Shown here piece after piece: positions 47,234 through 59,298 of a stretch of DNA of 64,000 bases. The DNA lies in contig JAUCBJ010004188.1 in NCBI GenBank assembly GCA_032718475.1, positions 54,309 to 118,308 on the forward strand, written 5' to 3'. The stretch is from Nemertoderma westbladi (Eukaryota > Animalia > Xenacoelomorpha). The notes beneath the pieces were generated by a model. The model was not told the origin of the DNA and did no database searches. It saw only the letters and a list, made by a program, of their open reading frames with translations. A program made the position numbers and the translations under genes. The first letter of the stretch is position 1, and each line of letters begins with the position of its first letter.

Positions 47234-50191
47234 ATGGAGATTCCTGATAGCAATGATAATACTGATGACAAAGAACATAGTAATTTACGTGAAGAGATAA
47301 TTAACATAATTAATGGTGAAACTGAAAAACCACCCTCAGTTCAGCTAAGTTCCAGTCATAAGTTATTAGAGACGAACTTCTGTAGAAAGTGTAACAAATA
47401 TTATAAAACTGCTCACTCGTTTCGTTTCCACCAGAATTACCACCGCCGCAAAGAACGTAATTTTTGCCCTTTTTGCGGGACAACCTTCAGTAAAGTGAAA
47501 TCACTCTCGAGACATTTGAAATCCAACCATAATATTGTAACCACAGATACCTCTACTGCTATCACTAAGGGACGGCCGAAGAAATCAGCACAGTCAATGC
47601 TAACAGTTCAGGGCAGACGGCATTCATATCTTAAAAATAATTTTATTGCAGCTAACAACACAAACATGAGCGAAAATGTCTTATGTAACGAACCAATAGG
47701 GAAATGTAAAATTGATATACCCCGTGCTCATGTAGCTGATGATAAAAAGTGTCCAGTGTGTGATGAGTTCACCTACAACAGTCCAGGGGTGATGGTTTGC
47801 CATTTTATAAAATCCCACACCAAACGGATGTTCTGTAATGCATGCAATCTCGGTTTTGAAAGCCGTGTTTTATTTCGTAAACATGTCATTTACCATGTTA
47901 ACACGGTATTCAACACTTGCCATTTGTGTGGTTTGGCATACGACTGTCCTTTTAGATTGTCTGACCATCTTCTGATTATGCATGGTGGGAAGTATCGATA
48001 TGACCATGTGGAAATAAAAACTACCACTGAAACCTTGAAGGTTGATAATAAAAGTGAACTAGACGTCTCTCTTAATACAACACCCAAGGAAGATAATAAA
48101 ACCTCAGAGATAAATACCTTTCCAGAAGTAATTGTTCATCATGATGATAATTCGAAGTCTTCAGTCATTAGTGAAACACAATTTGGGGAAAAATCTATCG
48201 ATCAAAATCCCCAAAATCAAAGATCTTTGGAAGTAGAAAGTCGGGTCATTCTTGGAACAACTGCTGTCGGACAGTATATTCAGTCATCCAAGGGTCAAAA
48301 ACCAAATGGAAAATCGCAAATCGCATTTCATCAATCGCATATCAATGTCCATAAATGTGAAAATGGCAGCGAAATTAATACCCCACCTAGTGTTATCGTT
48401 AAGAATGATGATAAAGCTTACAGTATTCCTGAACATCGAGAAAAACATGAGAACATCATCCCAATGGATATTAAGAAAACGAATGTTGTTGATGGGTATG
48501 TTGACATTAATGAAGAAGCCACCATCAGTTCCCGTGGAAAACGGAGAGTTATTAATGTATACGATAATATAACATGCATTGCTTGTAAGATAGAACCCAA
48601 GGCGAAGTATACATCTATAGAACCTTATAGGGCACATTTTTTGGAGCGCCATACGAATGGTCGAGTATGTTTATTTTGTAATGCTAGCTTTCCAACCAAA
48701 GATGTATTCTATAGCCACATCAAATATCACCTTACCTGTTCAAAATACACATGTCCTGATTGTGGAGCAATGTTTGATAGAGCACCGTTTACGGTTTCCC
48801 ATTTAGTTAATGTACATGGCCACCGAGTCGAAATAGAAGAAAAAGCCTTTATGCGGAGCATAACTATAATTTCTAAGGAGGAAACTTCGGCTTCATCCAC
48901 AACTGGAGGTGGAGTAAGCACAAATCAGGCAACAGCGCAAACCCTTCTAAGAAGTAATTCTGGACGTAGTATTCCTGATTCGGATAAGCCTTTGTCTAAA
49001 TCTGATATGAAACGCAAGGTTGTTTCTCACGGTTCTGATTCACCCATGAATAAGGCATGTAGAAGTGCATCTATTGAACGAATCACTACGCATGACAGTG
49101 ATTCCAACGATTTGATACTTTATGACCCAGATGAGAATCCAATGGAGCAGTTGTACACTTGTGGTCTTTGTCAGATGCGATTTAATACCAAAGAGAACAT
49201 GAGTTCCCATATGAAAGCGAGGCACATGGATAACGCAAAACATCTATGTTATCGCTTTGAGAAAAAATGCCCAATTTGTGATGTTTTTTATGGCGCAAGT
49301 AATGTAGCGAAACACATGAAGATGGTACATAAATACAAAGTTATAAACAGATATAAACCAAGGCAACCAACACTTACAAACTTAGTAAGCGATACAAAGA
49401 TTGAAGCAATTTCCTTTCCTTCATCCAAACCCAAAGTAGGCAAGACTAGACCCTCAAATTTCACTGAGAAGAGTGTCGGTCCAAGTGAAAATCCATCGAC
49501 GAATGTTTCTCATAAACCAAATGATTTATCCACTGTGACCATACCAGATGCTGCTGGTAAACTATTTACCTGCTCTTTGTGTGGCACCAGTTGCTCTAAT
49601 GCCTACAATCTGAAACGCCACTCCTTACTAAGTTGTTCTAACCTATCAAACACGAATAAATCTCCCCCAGTTGTTTCTGAAGCCCCAAAGGATAGAGCCA
49701 AGAAATATTTGTGCTCTGATTGTGGCAAGACTTTCGGATTTCCACACAGTTTGATGCGGCATAAGGCTGAATATTGTGGAAAGGTACCTGCTTCTCCACC
49801 TTTTGCACCTGATCATGTAACGATTACAGATGATTATATTACCTCTAATGAAAGTGTGAACTATGATTTAGATGTGGGTGAGGGACTTTGGGAAAGTAAA
49901 GCTACCACATCAGCTATAAGTTCAGTTACAAGGAATTCTTCATCGGATACCACTCGCAATGTTCTTACTGGGTCAGTTACCGATGGAAGCTTTGTCGATG
50001 ACAACAAGGAGAGCGGACCACTTACTGGTAAAGTCAAAGAACAAGGTTTACCGGAGGTTCCTCCAGACACCGAAGTCGTCTTCATGAAACCGGTTGTAAC
50101 CGGGGTCTCTTTTGAATTTAAACCAAAGGAACATATTTCTTCTCGGGGCCGAGTTATTAAAACTAAATCTCCCCAACAGTGGGGCCATTAG
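47234..50191 (+). CDS. Multi-zinc-finger protein (about 10 C2H2 + 2 C2HC fingers in clusters, AT-hook-like KGRPKK), 985 aa in one exon
   Basis: Fingers such as CRKCNKYYKTAHSFRFHQNYH, CPFCGTTFSKVKSLSRHLKSNH, CGLCQMRFNTKENMSSHMKARH and CSDCGKTFGFPHSLMRHKAEYC. A splice acceptor TTTCCTTATTGCAG ends at 47196; a candidate upstream donor AAG|GTACGT lies near 45031. Confidence 0.9.
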   Translation: MEIPDSNDNTDDKEHSNLREEIINIINGETEKPPSVQLSSSHKLLETNFCRKCNKYYKTAHSFRFHQNYHRRKERNFCPFCGTTFSKVKSLSRHLKSNHNIVTTDTSTAITKGRPKKSAQSMLTVQGRRHSYLKNNFIAANNTNMSENVLCNEPIGKCKIDIPRAHVADDKKCPVCDEFTYNSPGVMVCHFIKSHTKRMFCNACNLGFESRVLFRKHVIYHVNTVFNTCHLCGLAYDCPFRLSDHLLIMHGGKYRYDHVEIKTTTETLKVDNKSELDVSLNTTPKEDNKTSEINTFPEVIVHHDDNSKSSVISETQFGEKSIDQNPQNQRSLEVESRVILGTTAVGQYIQSSKGQKPNGKSQIAFHQSHINVHKCENGSEINTPPSVIVKNDDKAYSIPEHREKHENIIPMDIKKTNVVDGYVDINEEATISSRGKRRVINVYDNITCIACKIEPKAKYTSIEPYRAHFLERHTNGRVCLFCNASFPTKDVFYSHIKYHLTCSKYTCPDCGAMFDRAPFTVSHLVNVHGHRVEIEEKAFMRSITIISKEETSASSTTGGGVSTNQATAQTLLRSNSGRSIPDSDKPLSKSDMKRKVVSHGSDSPMNKACRSASIERITTHDSDSNDLILYDPDENPMEQLYTCGLCQMRFNTKENMSSHMKARHMDNAKHLCYRFEKKCPICDVFYGASNVAKHMKMVHKYKVINRYKPRQPTLTNLVSDTKIEAISFPSSKPKVGKTRPSNFTEKSVGPSENPSTNVSHKPNDLSTVTIPDAAGKLFTCSLCGTSCSNAYNLKRHSLLSCSNLSNTNKSPPVVSEAPKDRAKKYLCSDCGKTFGFPHSLMRHKAEYCGKVPASPPFAPDHVTITDDYITSNESVNYDLDVGEGLWESKATTSAISSVTRNSSSDTTRNVLTGSVTDGSFVDDNKESGPLTGKVKEQGLPEVPPDTEVVFMKPVVTGVSFEFKPKEHISSRGRVIKTKSPQQWGH

Positions 50192-53098
50192 GAAATTATA
50201 AACAACAACAAACTTATTCCCCTTGGATTATGTCTATCTTTGCAATTAACTGATAATTTATTATGTTTCATGATTGGATTCGATTATTAAGGTGAATTAA
50301 TTATTATTATATATTAAGGCATACTGTTTTCGGTATTGATTGATTATGTTATGTAGACAATTTAACAAGTATTCTAAACTACATAATTTAGTGTCGAAGG
50401 TAGATAGATAGGTTGGTACGCTTTACTAGATGTACACTAACAATATGTCCAACTATTATGTTGCGTCGATAACCAATATATGTGTTATTTTTTATCTGAA
50501 ATTGCAATCGTTTTATTCCTCACCAATTATTAATTCCTTTAGTTTTCTACTCAAGCCGCATGAGGGGCGAGCCACTCAAATAATTAATAATAATCTTAAA
50601 TTATATAATGGAACTTAACTTTGTAGACAAGACTATGACCAAAATATGACATTTTTATCAAACTTGCAGACATTGTGTAGTCAGTTCAAGAGAATGCCAC
50701 AAGAGGGCTAATTTCTAAAAATTAATCTTCCAATTTTCTTGTTTTTAATCTGATCAACCTGAAACTTGGGACATATATATTCCTTGTATCCTTGTGTTTG
50801 TCATCACTCATCACACGGTATAATTCGAAGAGCACACCCCACCTAGCTACTGTAAGCGTAGTAAGACATAAATAAATACATAAATAAGAAATTATCATAA
50901 ATATTAAATTTTATAAATATCGTAGTAAAAAAATTGCAATGCGACTGCTGCTGTTTGTGGACAAACCGATGGGCAAAAGATAAGAAAAAGGTAGGCTACA
51001 CTTAGTCCGTAATTTGTATTTAAGTTCAATTACCACACTCGTAGCCTCACGCGCAAGGGACGGTATGGTGGAGTCGCCCTCGATTTCGGCTCACAGGGTC
51101 GAAAGAGTCAAAGGGTGGAAAATTCGTTTCAAAGGGCAAACAACACTGTCAAACAATAATAAGGGAAAGGGGCAAGTTACAGAGACGACTTTTTCTAACC
51201 AAAACAATAAACGATGTTATTATCAATATAGAGGGAGAGGTGCATGGCGGGATTCCTTAACTGGCAATAAATTTTGAATGAAGGTCGGACAAGCGAATTA
51301 GCGTAGTCATGGAATACTAGATATACACGGAATGACAAATGTACAGTATCATACCCCAGGAGGCAATCTTTTTATTTTTTTAATCAATAGGTATTGGTGA
51401 AATAACGTCACTGTTAAAATATTTTTAAAATCTGTCGTGCCGTTAAAAAGATATAGCCATAATACAATTTACAATAAAATGACCAGGTATGCTGTACTTT
51501 CGGCTGACAAATATTTTTCTGACTTTATCGGCATTGCAAGATAACTTGAAAAACAGAAAAATCACTGTTGGATAATTTGTATACCCTCTGAGAACATGAT
51601 GACCATAGCATGACCATACCTGGTTACCATAGCAACCAGTAATTATTATTATTATTAACATACATGATGACGTAAACGTATATACGATCACCATTACAGA
51701 GATTAGGGAAGAAACAAAAAACAAATATATATATATAAGGGCCTAAAAACAGACATCAAAAATAACTAGAATTAATTAGCACAGGTAGAGCAATACACAA
51801 AAAAATATATTAAATCGCACATTACCGTTTCAAAACACTGGAGAATTGCATTTGTGCAATAACTATAATTAATTTGTAAAAACTAAATAATTAAATTACA
51901 GTAATTACGAGTATGAAACTTCATTGAGCATACTTTGTACTTCATCAGAAGTAAAACCGTCTAAAATAAGCTCATTGTGTAAAATGTAACCCAATTCCAT
52001 ACAAAGTGGAATTTTCCAATAATTGGTACTAGCGATATTTTCTGGCATTAAATCATCTATACAATTAAAGTTACAATTATTAGCAATCCTACGCATATTT
52101 AGACCTAGAAGACTACGAGAGTCATTTACACACAATGCACATAAAAATTTAACCAATAATTTATCTGAAGACCCCAAATTTTTTGAAAGGTGAATAAAAT
52201 CAACAATGTTTTCTACAATATATATCTATGTGAATTATATGGCAAAGCCCATAAACTACGCACATTGTAATTCCACGCAGTATAAATTTTATTGCATTCT
52301 GGCGACCATAGGTCCCACAGAACACCACCGTAGAAACGGGTGTTTGAAAAGGGTGGACTGGACACAGAAACCATGGACTACTGACAGACCAATCAGAAAC
52401 GTATTATGTAAAGCAGATTGTAGCAATTGGTCTGTCCACCTTTTTCAAGTTTTCGCTTTCTTAGTTACATAATTGGGAATAAGATGTGTGTTTGAAAAAG
52501 ATGGACTGGACACATGCACAAAAACATAGATAATTGTCTGACCAATCAGAAACGTATTAAAGCAATGCTATTTAATAGTGATTGGACTGTCCACCTTTTT
52601 CAGGTTTCAATTATCTATCTATAATGGGCATGCTGGAACCTGGAAGTGTAGTGCATGCCGAATAGTCAAGGAAGCTTAGAAATAATTTAATCACAAAATC
52701 AAATTTAGTATTTTCATAAAATTGTTAGTCGAGACATTTTACCTATCTTTCTACAAAGCAAAACACCTTATTTATTTACTTAAGATACAGCATGTTGATT
52801 TCATGTGCAAAACAGATGTAGTCTCAATAATAGCCCTTATACAGTAGATGTCAAATAAACAGATATTTATCAGAGTGACATCTCACATGTCTGCTGCAAG
52901 AAACCACTAACACTAGCTTGCTTAAATACTGCATGTAACTTTCATTAGAGAGAGAGAGAAAGAGAAATAGAATAGATTTAATTACCGGTAAAGTTATATT
53001 TGGAGACCGTAATTATTAGTTGAAAGTTAGACATTAAAAACCAGAACCAAAACTATATTATTTTCATCATAACAAAGACAACGTCCAAACCTTTACAT

Positions 53099-53111
53099 TG
53101 GTGACCCGGAT
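53099..53111 (+). promoter_or_regulatory. Primer-binding site of the Gypsy element (tRNA-Trp-like), just after a 5' LTR ending ..TTACA at 53097
   Basis: TGGTGACCC matches the complement of the tRNA-Trp 3' end. The LTR start is uncertain (TGTAG at 52647 or 52817) because there is no second LTR. Confidence 0.7.
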
Positions 53112-53198
53112 CTTGGACCTTATTACTACTACCTTCAACTCCAGATGGGAAAAACTCTCTCGAAACTCAGTCACTGATTACCTCTTATCGAATACATC

Positions 53199-54056
53199 AT
53201 GGATGGTGACGGCGAAAATGTTGGTAACGCTGTAAACGTCGCTCGCGTTTCCGTTAAACCCCCGGTGTTCTTCCGTTCTAACCCCAGCGTTTGGTTCAGA
53301 ATGTTGGAATCCCACTTTACATTAGCCAACATTACAAGCGAGGTAACCAAATTTCACCACGTTATGGCGAATTTGCCAGAAGACGTCGCTTTAAACATTT
53401 CCACGGACATTCAATCATATGACGATATTAAATCTACCATTCTCCAACTCTATCAGAAATCGAAAACTGAATTATTGGAGGAAGCCCTTGGACAGGTAAC
53501 TTTAGACGGCCAAAAGCCCTCCTTAGTGTATCTGCGTATAAAAAGAAAATTACGAGAATGTAACTTAACGGCGGATGACGACCTAGTTCGGCACAAACTC
53601 TTACAAGCACTTCCAGTATCGGTGCGTTCTGCTTTGATTGCTCATCAGGGTCTACCACCCGAAGATTTCGCAACACTGGCGGACACCATCCTCCAATTTA
53701 CAAGTGGAATCCCTCAACCAAGTACTTCATATGATGTCGCCAGAGTTCAACACCCAAACTATGTTAATACCAGTGGTGATGTTTACAGAGGTGTTAGCAA
53801 CACTTACAGAGCAAGAGCACCCTACCCTGTCACTTCTACCTCAAAAGTCGGAGCTATATTCCCGTTCAGCGAAGGGCAACGTCCAAAAATCTGCCGATAC
53901 CATGTATATTATGGAACAAAAGCGAATACATGCACGCCATGGTGTCTTTGGCCGGGAGAAAAACCGCGTCGAATGCAACCATCTTCCCGACCAAACTCAC
54001 GCCCTGCATCGTGCTCGACATCTCCTTCCCCTGATACCCAGGGGCAGGAAAACTAA
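53199..54056 (+). CDS. Ty3/Gypsy Gag (285 aa)
   Basis: [30 protein letters not shown] and [18 protein letters not shown] motifs typical of a metazoan Gypsy Gag group. Confidence 0.9.
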   Translation: MDGDGENVGNAVNVARVSVKPPVFFRSNPSVWFRMLESHFTLANITSEVTKFHHVMANLPEDVALNISTDIQSYDDIKSTILQLYQKSKTELLEEALGQVTLDGQKPSLVYLRIKRKLRECNLTADDDLVRHKLLQALPVSVRSALIAHQGLPPEDFATLADTILQFTSGIPQPSTSYDVARVQHPNYVNTSGDVYRGVSNTYRARAPYPVTSTSKVGAIFPFSEGQRPKICRYHVYYGTKANTCTPWCLWPGEKPRRMQPSSRPNSRPASCSTSPSPDTQGQEN

Positions 54057-56617
54057 CTGCCCTCAGAACATTTGCTGCTAGTTCTGAGGGAGCTGCCGTT
54101 TTCAAATTAACCGCAGCAATAAACCATATAAACAACAGCCACCAATCCTTATCTTTTCTTATAGACACCGGCTCACAAGTATCCATACTAAAACCTTCCT
54201 CGTTTATTAGAAGCTTACTATGGGACAATACTGATGCAAAACTCACAGCAATTTCAGGCAATAACATACATGTCCATGGAAAAGTTCATGTCCGAATTAA
54301 TTTCCTCCGACGAGAATTTCCGTGGATATTTTATGTTGCCGACGTTGAAGAAAACATTTTGGGATTGGATTTCTTATCAAATTATGACATGCTATTGGAC
54401 TGCAAAAATAAACTAATCGTGGATAATTATACAAAACTGAAATGCAATCTCAATCCAACAACATCGAAAAGTCTATCTATATTCAAAGTGGAAATCGACC
54501 ACCCTGATTCAACATTATCCAATCTTTTCAAAGAACATTCTAAGTTATTTGATTATGATATTATTCATACTGACACACCTCCACACAATACTGTGCATCG
54601 AATTATCACCAACCAATGCCAACCCACATACGCAAAGCCACGTCAACTTAGTGGGACCAAACTAATAATTGCTCAACAAGTTTTCGCGGATATGCGTTCT
54701 CGTGGTATAATACGCCCTTCAAGTAGTCCCTGGGCGTCACCATTACATATGGTACCAAAGGTGGGGAGTACTGATAATTGGCGTCCATGTGGAGACTATA
54801 GAGCTTTGAACCGCATTACACAAAGTGATAAATATCCGCTGCCGCACATACAGCATTTTAATAGCAAACTGAAAGGTTCGACAGTTTTCAGCTCCATTGA
54901 TCTCGTTAAAGCATACCATCAAATTCCTGTGGCAGAGGAAGATATTCCAAAGACAGCTATTACAACCCCTTTTGGTCTCTTTGAATTTTTGCGGATGCCC
55001 TATGGTCTTAAAAACGCCGCACAAACTTTTCAAAGGGATATACATGAAGTACTCGGAGATTTGGAATTTGTATTTCCTTTTCTCGATGATATTATGATAC
55101 ACTCTAAGGATATATCAACTCATTACATTCACCTAAGAAAGGTATTTGAACGTTTAACTCAGCACAACCTGCAAATAAACTTTGCCAAGTGCCAATGGGT
55201 ACAACCATCAATCTTATTTCTTGGATTCTTAGTGACGACCGACGGTATTTTACCTCCACCTGAACGAGTTAAATCCCTTGTCGATATGCCAGAACCACGT
55301 AGCTATACTGAGTTACGACGGGTTCTGGGAATGTTTGGATTCTATAGACGACATATACCTTATTTCAGTCAGATTGTAGCACCCCTTCAATCTCTCTTAA
55401 ACAAAACTCAACCACTGAAACGTAAACAACCACAACGAAACTTCAATGAAGGTGAATGGACATCGGAACACAAAGAAACTTTCCAGAAGTTGAAAAACTC
55501 GTTATCTAACGCAGTTTTATTATATCATCCTTCATCAGAGGATTGTAAGCTGATTCTAACCACTGATGCTTCAAAGGACGCTATCGCAGCTTCTCTTCAC
55601 GAAGTAATATCAGAAGAAGAATCAGTCCCCATTGCATTTTACTCTCGACGATTAACACCAAATGAAACCTCATGGTCAACCTTTGATCGAGAATTACTTG
55701 CGGCATATCAAGCTACAGTGCACTTCCGCAGTAACTTAGAAGGCCGACAGGTTACTATAGTCACAGACCACAAACCACTTACGTCTGCATTCAACAAACC
55801 ATCGAGCATTTCTCCTAGACAAAACCGCCAGCTTTCATTCCTTTCTGAATACATTGACTCCATTGAATACATTGCAGGAGAAAGTAACATAGTCGCTGAT
55901 ACTTTATCACGTCAAATCGCTTCAATTAGTATTGATTCTTTTGGATTGGAAGATATTGCCTCTCAACAGTCAGCCAATTTAATCCTTCCTGAAGAGCATT
56001 CGCTAAATATTAAAACATTTCCATTAGCAAATGGTAAAGTTATTAAGTGCGACGTAACTACTGCATACCCTAGACCCATCCTACCGGATTCATGTAGACG
56101 AACAGTATTTAACGAACTACACAACATGTCACATCCAGGAATTAAATCGACCATACGTATAATAACTGATCGTTATATTTGGCCAAATGCTAAACGCGAC
56201 ATAGTGGAATGGTGTAAATTGTGCACATCTTGTCAAGCAAGTAAAGTAATACAACACACAAAAACACCCCTAACACCATTTCCTTTGGCACCACGTTTTA
56301 CACATATCCATTCAGATATCATTGGTCCACTAGACATGGGTGAGCACCAATATCGACACGTAGTAACGTTCATAGATCGACACACTGGGTGGGTAGAAGC
56401 AGAGCCAGTTACGTCAATCACAGCTGTTGCCACAGCGACTGCATTTATAAAAGTCTGGTTTTCTCGATTTGGAGTGCCCCTTTACCTCACAACAGATCGC
56501 GGTGGTCAATTTGAATCTGAATTACTAGCTGAACTCTCTAAGCTGATTGGTTTCCACCGTATGCGTACCACATCTTACCATTTAGGGTCCAAAATATTTA
56601 AGGTTGGAGTTACATGA
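54047..56617 (+). CDS. Ty3/Gypsy Pol (PR-RT-RH-IN) in the -1 frame, truncated within integrase at ~56581
   Basis: Frame is open from GGAAAAC at 54047. Motifs: FLIDTGS (PR); [24 protein letters not shown] (RT); TDAS, TDHKPL (RH); [21 protein letters not shown] (IN). It breaks after RTTSYH, before the catalytic Glu. Confidence 0.92.
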   Translation, partial: GKLTALRTFAASSEGAAVFKLTAAINHINNSHQSLSFLIDTGSQVSILKPSSFIRSLLWDNTDAKLTAISGNNIHVHGKVHVRINFLRREFPWIFYVADVEENILGLDFLSNYDMLLDCKNKLIVDNYTKLKCNLNPTTSKSLSIFKVEIDHPDSTLSNLFKEHSKLFDYDIIHTDTPPHNTVHRIITNQCQPTYAKPRQLSGTKLIIAQQVFADMRSRGIIRPSSSPWASPLHMVPKVGSTDNWRPCGDYRALNRITQSDKYPLPHIQHFNSKLKGSTVFSSIDLVKAYHQIPVAEEDIPKTAITTPFGLFEFLRMPYGLKNAAQTFQRDIHEVLGDLEFVFPFLDDIMIHSKDISTHYIHLRKVFERLTQHNLQINFAKCQWVQPSILFLGFLVTTDGILPPPERVKSLVDMPEPRSYTELRRVLGMFGFYRRHIPYFSQIVAPLQSLLNKTQPLKRKQPQRNFNEGEWTSEHKETFQKLKNSLSNAVLLYHPSSEDCKLILTTDASKDAIAASLHEVISEEESVPIAFYSRRLTPNETSWSTFDRELLAAYQATVHFRSNLEGRQVTIVTDHKPLTSAFNKPSSISPRQNRQLSFLSEYIDSIEYIAGESNIVADTLSRQIASISIDSFGLEDIASQQSANLILPEEHSLNIKTFPLANGKVIKCDVTTAYPRPILPDSCRRTVFNELHNMSHPGIKSTIRIITDRYIWPNAKRDIVEWCKLCTSCQASKVIQHTKTPLTPFPLAPRFTHIHSDIIGPLDMGEHQYRHVVTFIDRHTGWVEAEPVTSITAVATATAFIKVWFSRFGVPLYLTTDRGGQFESELLAELSKLIGFHRMRTTSYHLGSKIFKVGVT

Positions 56618-58181
56618 CAGTTTTAATTAAGGTTTTGGGCCTCTATTTCCACTTTGAATTAGGGTTTCGGACCACCACTCCCAAAATATAGGACTTATTT
56701 ACCTCCCTCGCTGCGCTCGGTCGTTTAATAACAGATCTCGGGATGAAAGGTAAATAAAGCATATTATATTTCCCTCTCAGTACAAAAAAAAAACAAGTAG
56801 TTATTTTAATTAACTTTATACTATAATGAGTTAGAATATTGACGTTCCAATATTGATGCTAAGGCTCAGCTCACAGACTTCGTGGCTCGCCCGGGACTCG
56901 CCCCATATTATTGAACTAGGCCTATATCGACAACTTCGGTTGGTCACAGTAAGTATGGGATAATAATAACAATAATAATCCATAAAAACCTTCTGAAATT
57001 TTTTGAAAAACGTGGACAGAGCTGCTATAATGTGCAAATCAATCTGATTGGTCAATTCATTGCCTGTTCTTTCTCAAACCAGTCCAGCTTATTCGAATTT
57101 GAAAAAGGTGGACTACAAAGCTGAAAAAGGTGGACATGCTGTGTGACGCAAATCGCCCGTGATTGGTCTGTCCATTGTCCATGTTTTCTGTGTCCAGTCC
57201 ACCTTTTCCAAACACCCCCGTAGAAACTAGTTGCGTATAGTTTTTGAATATGTAGAATATTTCCTATAGAGGCAAAACTAAATTCACGCCTTAATCCTGA
57301 TAGTTTGCCAATGAAAGCACCTCTTTTTTTGTAAAATATCATGTGATAAATGACCTTTGAAGTGTAACCAAACACCTAGATGCTTAGCTTGCTCAACCCG
57401 TGGTAACCGAATACCGTTAACAATAATAAGCGCTGCCGGTTGTTGCCAAACCAACCCAAAAGGTATACATTTAGTTTTACATTTCCGAATGTCTGTATTC
57501 GTACTTAACTTTAATTTAAATTCTATATTGACCATAAATTGAAGTCCCGCAATAGACGGGCACAAAAGAATTACATCGTCTGCGTACGCAAGGCAACCAA
57601 AATAAAACCTACCGATGTGACAACCGACATCTGCATCTTTGAGTCTTAAAATAAGCACATTTAGAATAACACAAAAGAGACCCGGTGAAATAGTCGAACC
57701 TTGTCGAACCCCGTTTGTTATATTAAAAGTATCTGATTTTAAATTATTCCAGCGTACATAGCACGTCTGATTACGATAAATAAAGAAAAGACACCTTAGA
57801 AACAAAACATTAAATAAACCCTTTCTTTATAAGCTGCAAAAAAGTTGTTTCCATTGAACCAAATCAAATGCCTTAGTAAAATCTATCAAGCAACTGTAAA
57901 CTGAGGTATTATTGTGTAAATAATAATAGTGGTAAATATAACTTTAGTTTTGATATGAAGTTTTTATTAGAAGTAAAAGCGAGTATTGTATCTTGGAAAT
58001 ATTTTCTGCCATTAAGTTCCCATAGCAACGTGTAGAAAAGATTTAAAATATAGAATTACCTGAGCTTAAATACTGGTGAGATTATAGTTGTTATTCCCAA
58101 CTATTTAAAATGCGATATCGTGGTATAATTAATAAATTTATAATTTCATAATAAAAATAATGATAAATAAATGCTACTAGG

Positions 58182-58292
58182 TAGTGGTGTGCCGGATATC
58201 CGGCCGGGCCGGAATTCCGGCCGGGTTTTGGGAAAAAAATCAGGTTCCGGCTCCGGATCCGGCTCCGGCCGGATTTCAATTTTGGCCGAATT
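58182..58292 (+). mobile_element. Probable DNA-transposon end with CCGG-rich subterminal repeats
   Basis: TAGTGGTGTGCCGGATATCCGGCCGGGCCGGAATTCCGG.. in AT-rich context; no matching opposite end found. Confidence 0.4.
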
Positions 58293-59137
58293 TCCATTTC
58301 AACGAATTGTTGACAAAATATACAATTAATGAAGATTTAAAAAAAAAACATCAAACAAATTTTCTTTTAAATTCAAACTAATTTAAACATAAGCAAATAC
58401 AATGGAATACAATACTTTTTTTCGTAGTTTGTATCATATTAATTTATATTATGAATATGATAAAGTCTAAAGCAGAGCTATCATTTTATAACTATCTACA
58501 TGCTGAGCCGACTGACTAATTTTTATAGTAGGCCCCACACGCATGCCCATATATAGGCCTACTAATTATAACTAGTCAATAAATTATTATGTTGTCTACG
58601 CGAAAACGTTGATGTTAGATTAAGTTACCTCCGTGAATGACCAGTTTATATATTCGTCAGGCAATATAGAAACTGGTAAATCTAATTTAATTCAGAGAGT
58701 TTAACATTATTATTACTTCGTTCTATGTTATGTTATATTATCATAAATATTTATTATCATATATCGTAATCAGCTGTTATTTGCATTGAATTTCCCCTGG
58801 AGAGGGATGAATTTTTATTGCGTCCAGTTTCCCTCCTATCTGCAAATATGTGCATCCAATCACAGCCGATTTTCAAAATTGGCTTCCCGGGCTTACTTTA
58901 ACCCGCCATTTCGACCGTTTCCACGGGTTTTAACAAAAAACACACCCGCCACTCGATTCAGAGCACCTTATTACCCCTTATTCAATTGTTCTAGCCCAAC
59001 AATTTTTCTCGCGCACCAACCCTATTGCGCCTGTGGACGCAATGGGACTCCTGATTGAATAATATATTGTCTTAATAAATACCACATACACAATGCGACA
59101 GAGTATATTCAAAATAATGTTTATTTCGGTTGCATAT

Positions 59138-59298
59138 TGTCGGTTGTCTGCTGTCGGTTGTCTGCCATTTGTTGGCTGCTGTCGGTTGTCTGCTGTCGAT
59201 TGTCTGCCATCTGATAGCTGCCATCAGAAGTCTGCTGTGGGATGTCTGAAGTCTTTTTGGGTGCTGTCGGTAGTCTGCCATCGGTTGTCTGCTGTCGG
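59138..59298. repeat. Degenerate 14-bp minisatellite (TGTCGGTTGTCTGC)
   Basis: Direct reading; target of the RTE insertion. Confidence 0.75.

Larger units (their letters stand above)
52338..57217. mobile_element. Mutator-like TIR element (4.88 kb) with no visible transposase, enclosing a Gypsy fragment
   Basis: TIRs GGGTGTTTGAAAAGGGTGGACTGGACACAGAAACCATGGAC (38/41 identical to the reverse complement of the right end). A 10-bp TSD CCGTAGAAAC lies at 52328-52337 and 57218-57227. Confidence 0.85.
51850..57900 (-). mobile_element. Degenerate non-LTR retrotransposon (RTEX-like RT, clade uncertain) split in two by the TIR element
   Basis: RT motifs NGVRQG..SPGLF..GCHIG..YADDVILL at 57284-57805. 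The thumb LYATSFYG at ~57220 resumes as SFYGGVLWDLW..AWNYNVRSLWALP at 52337 downward; the C-terminus is at 51905-52177. Confidence 0.85.
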
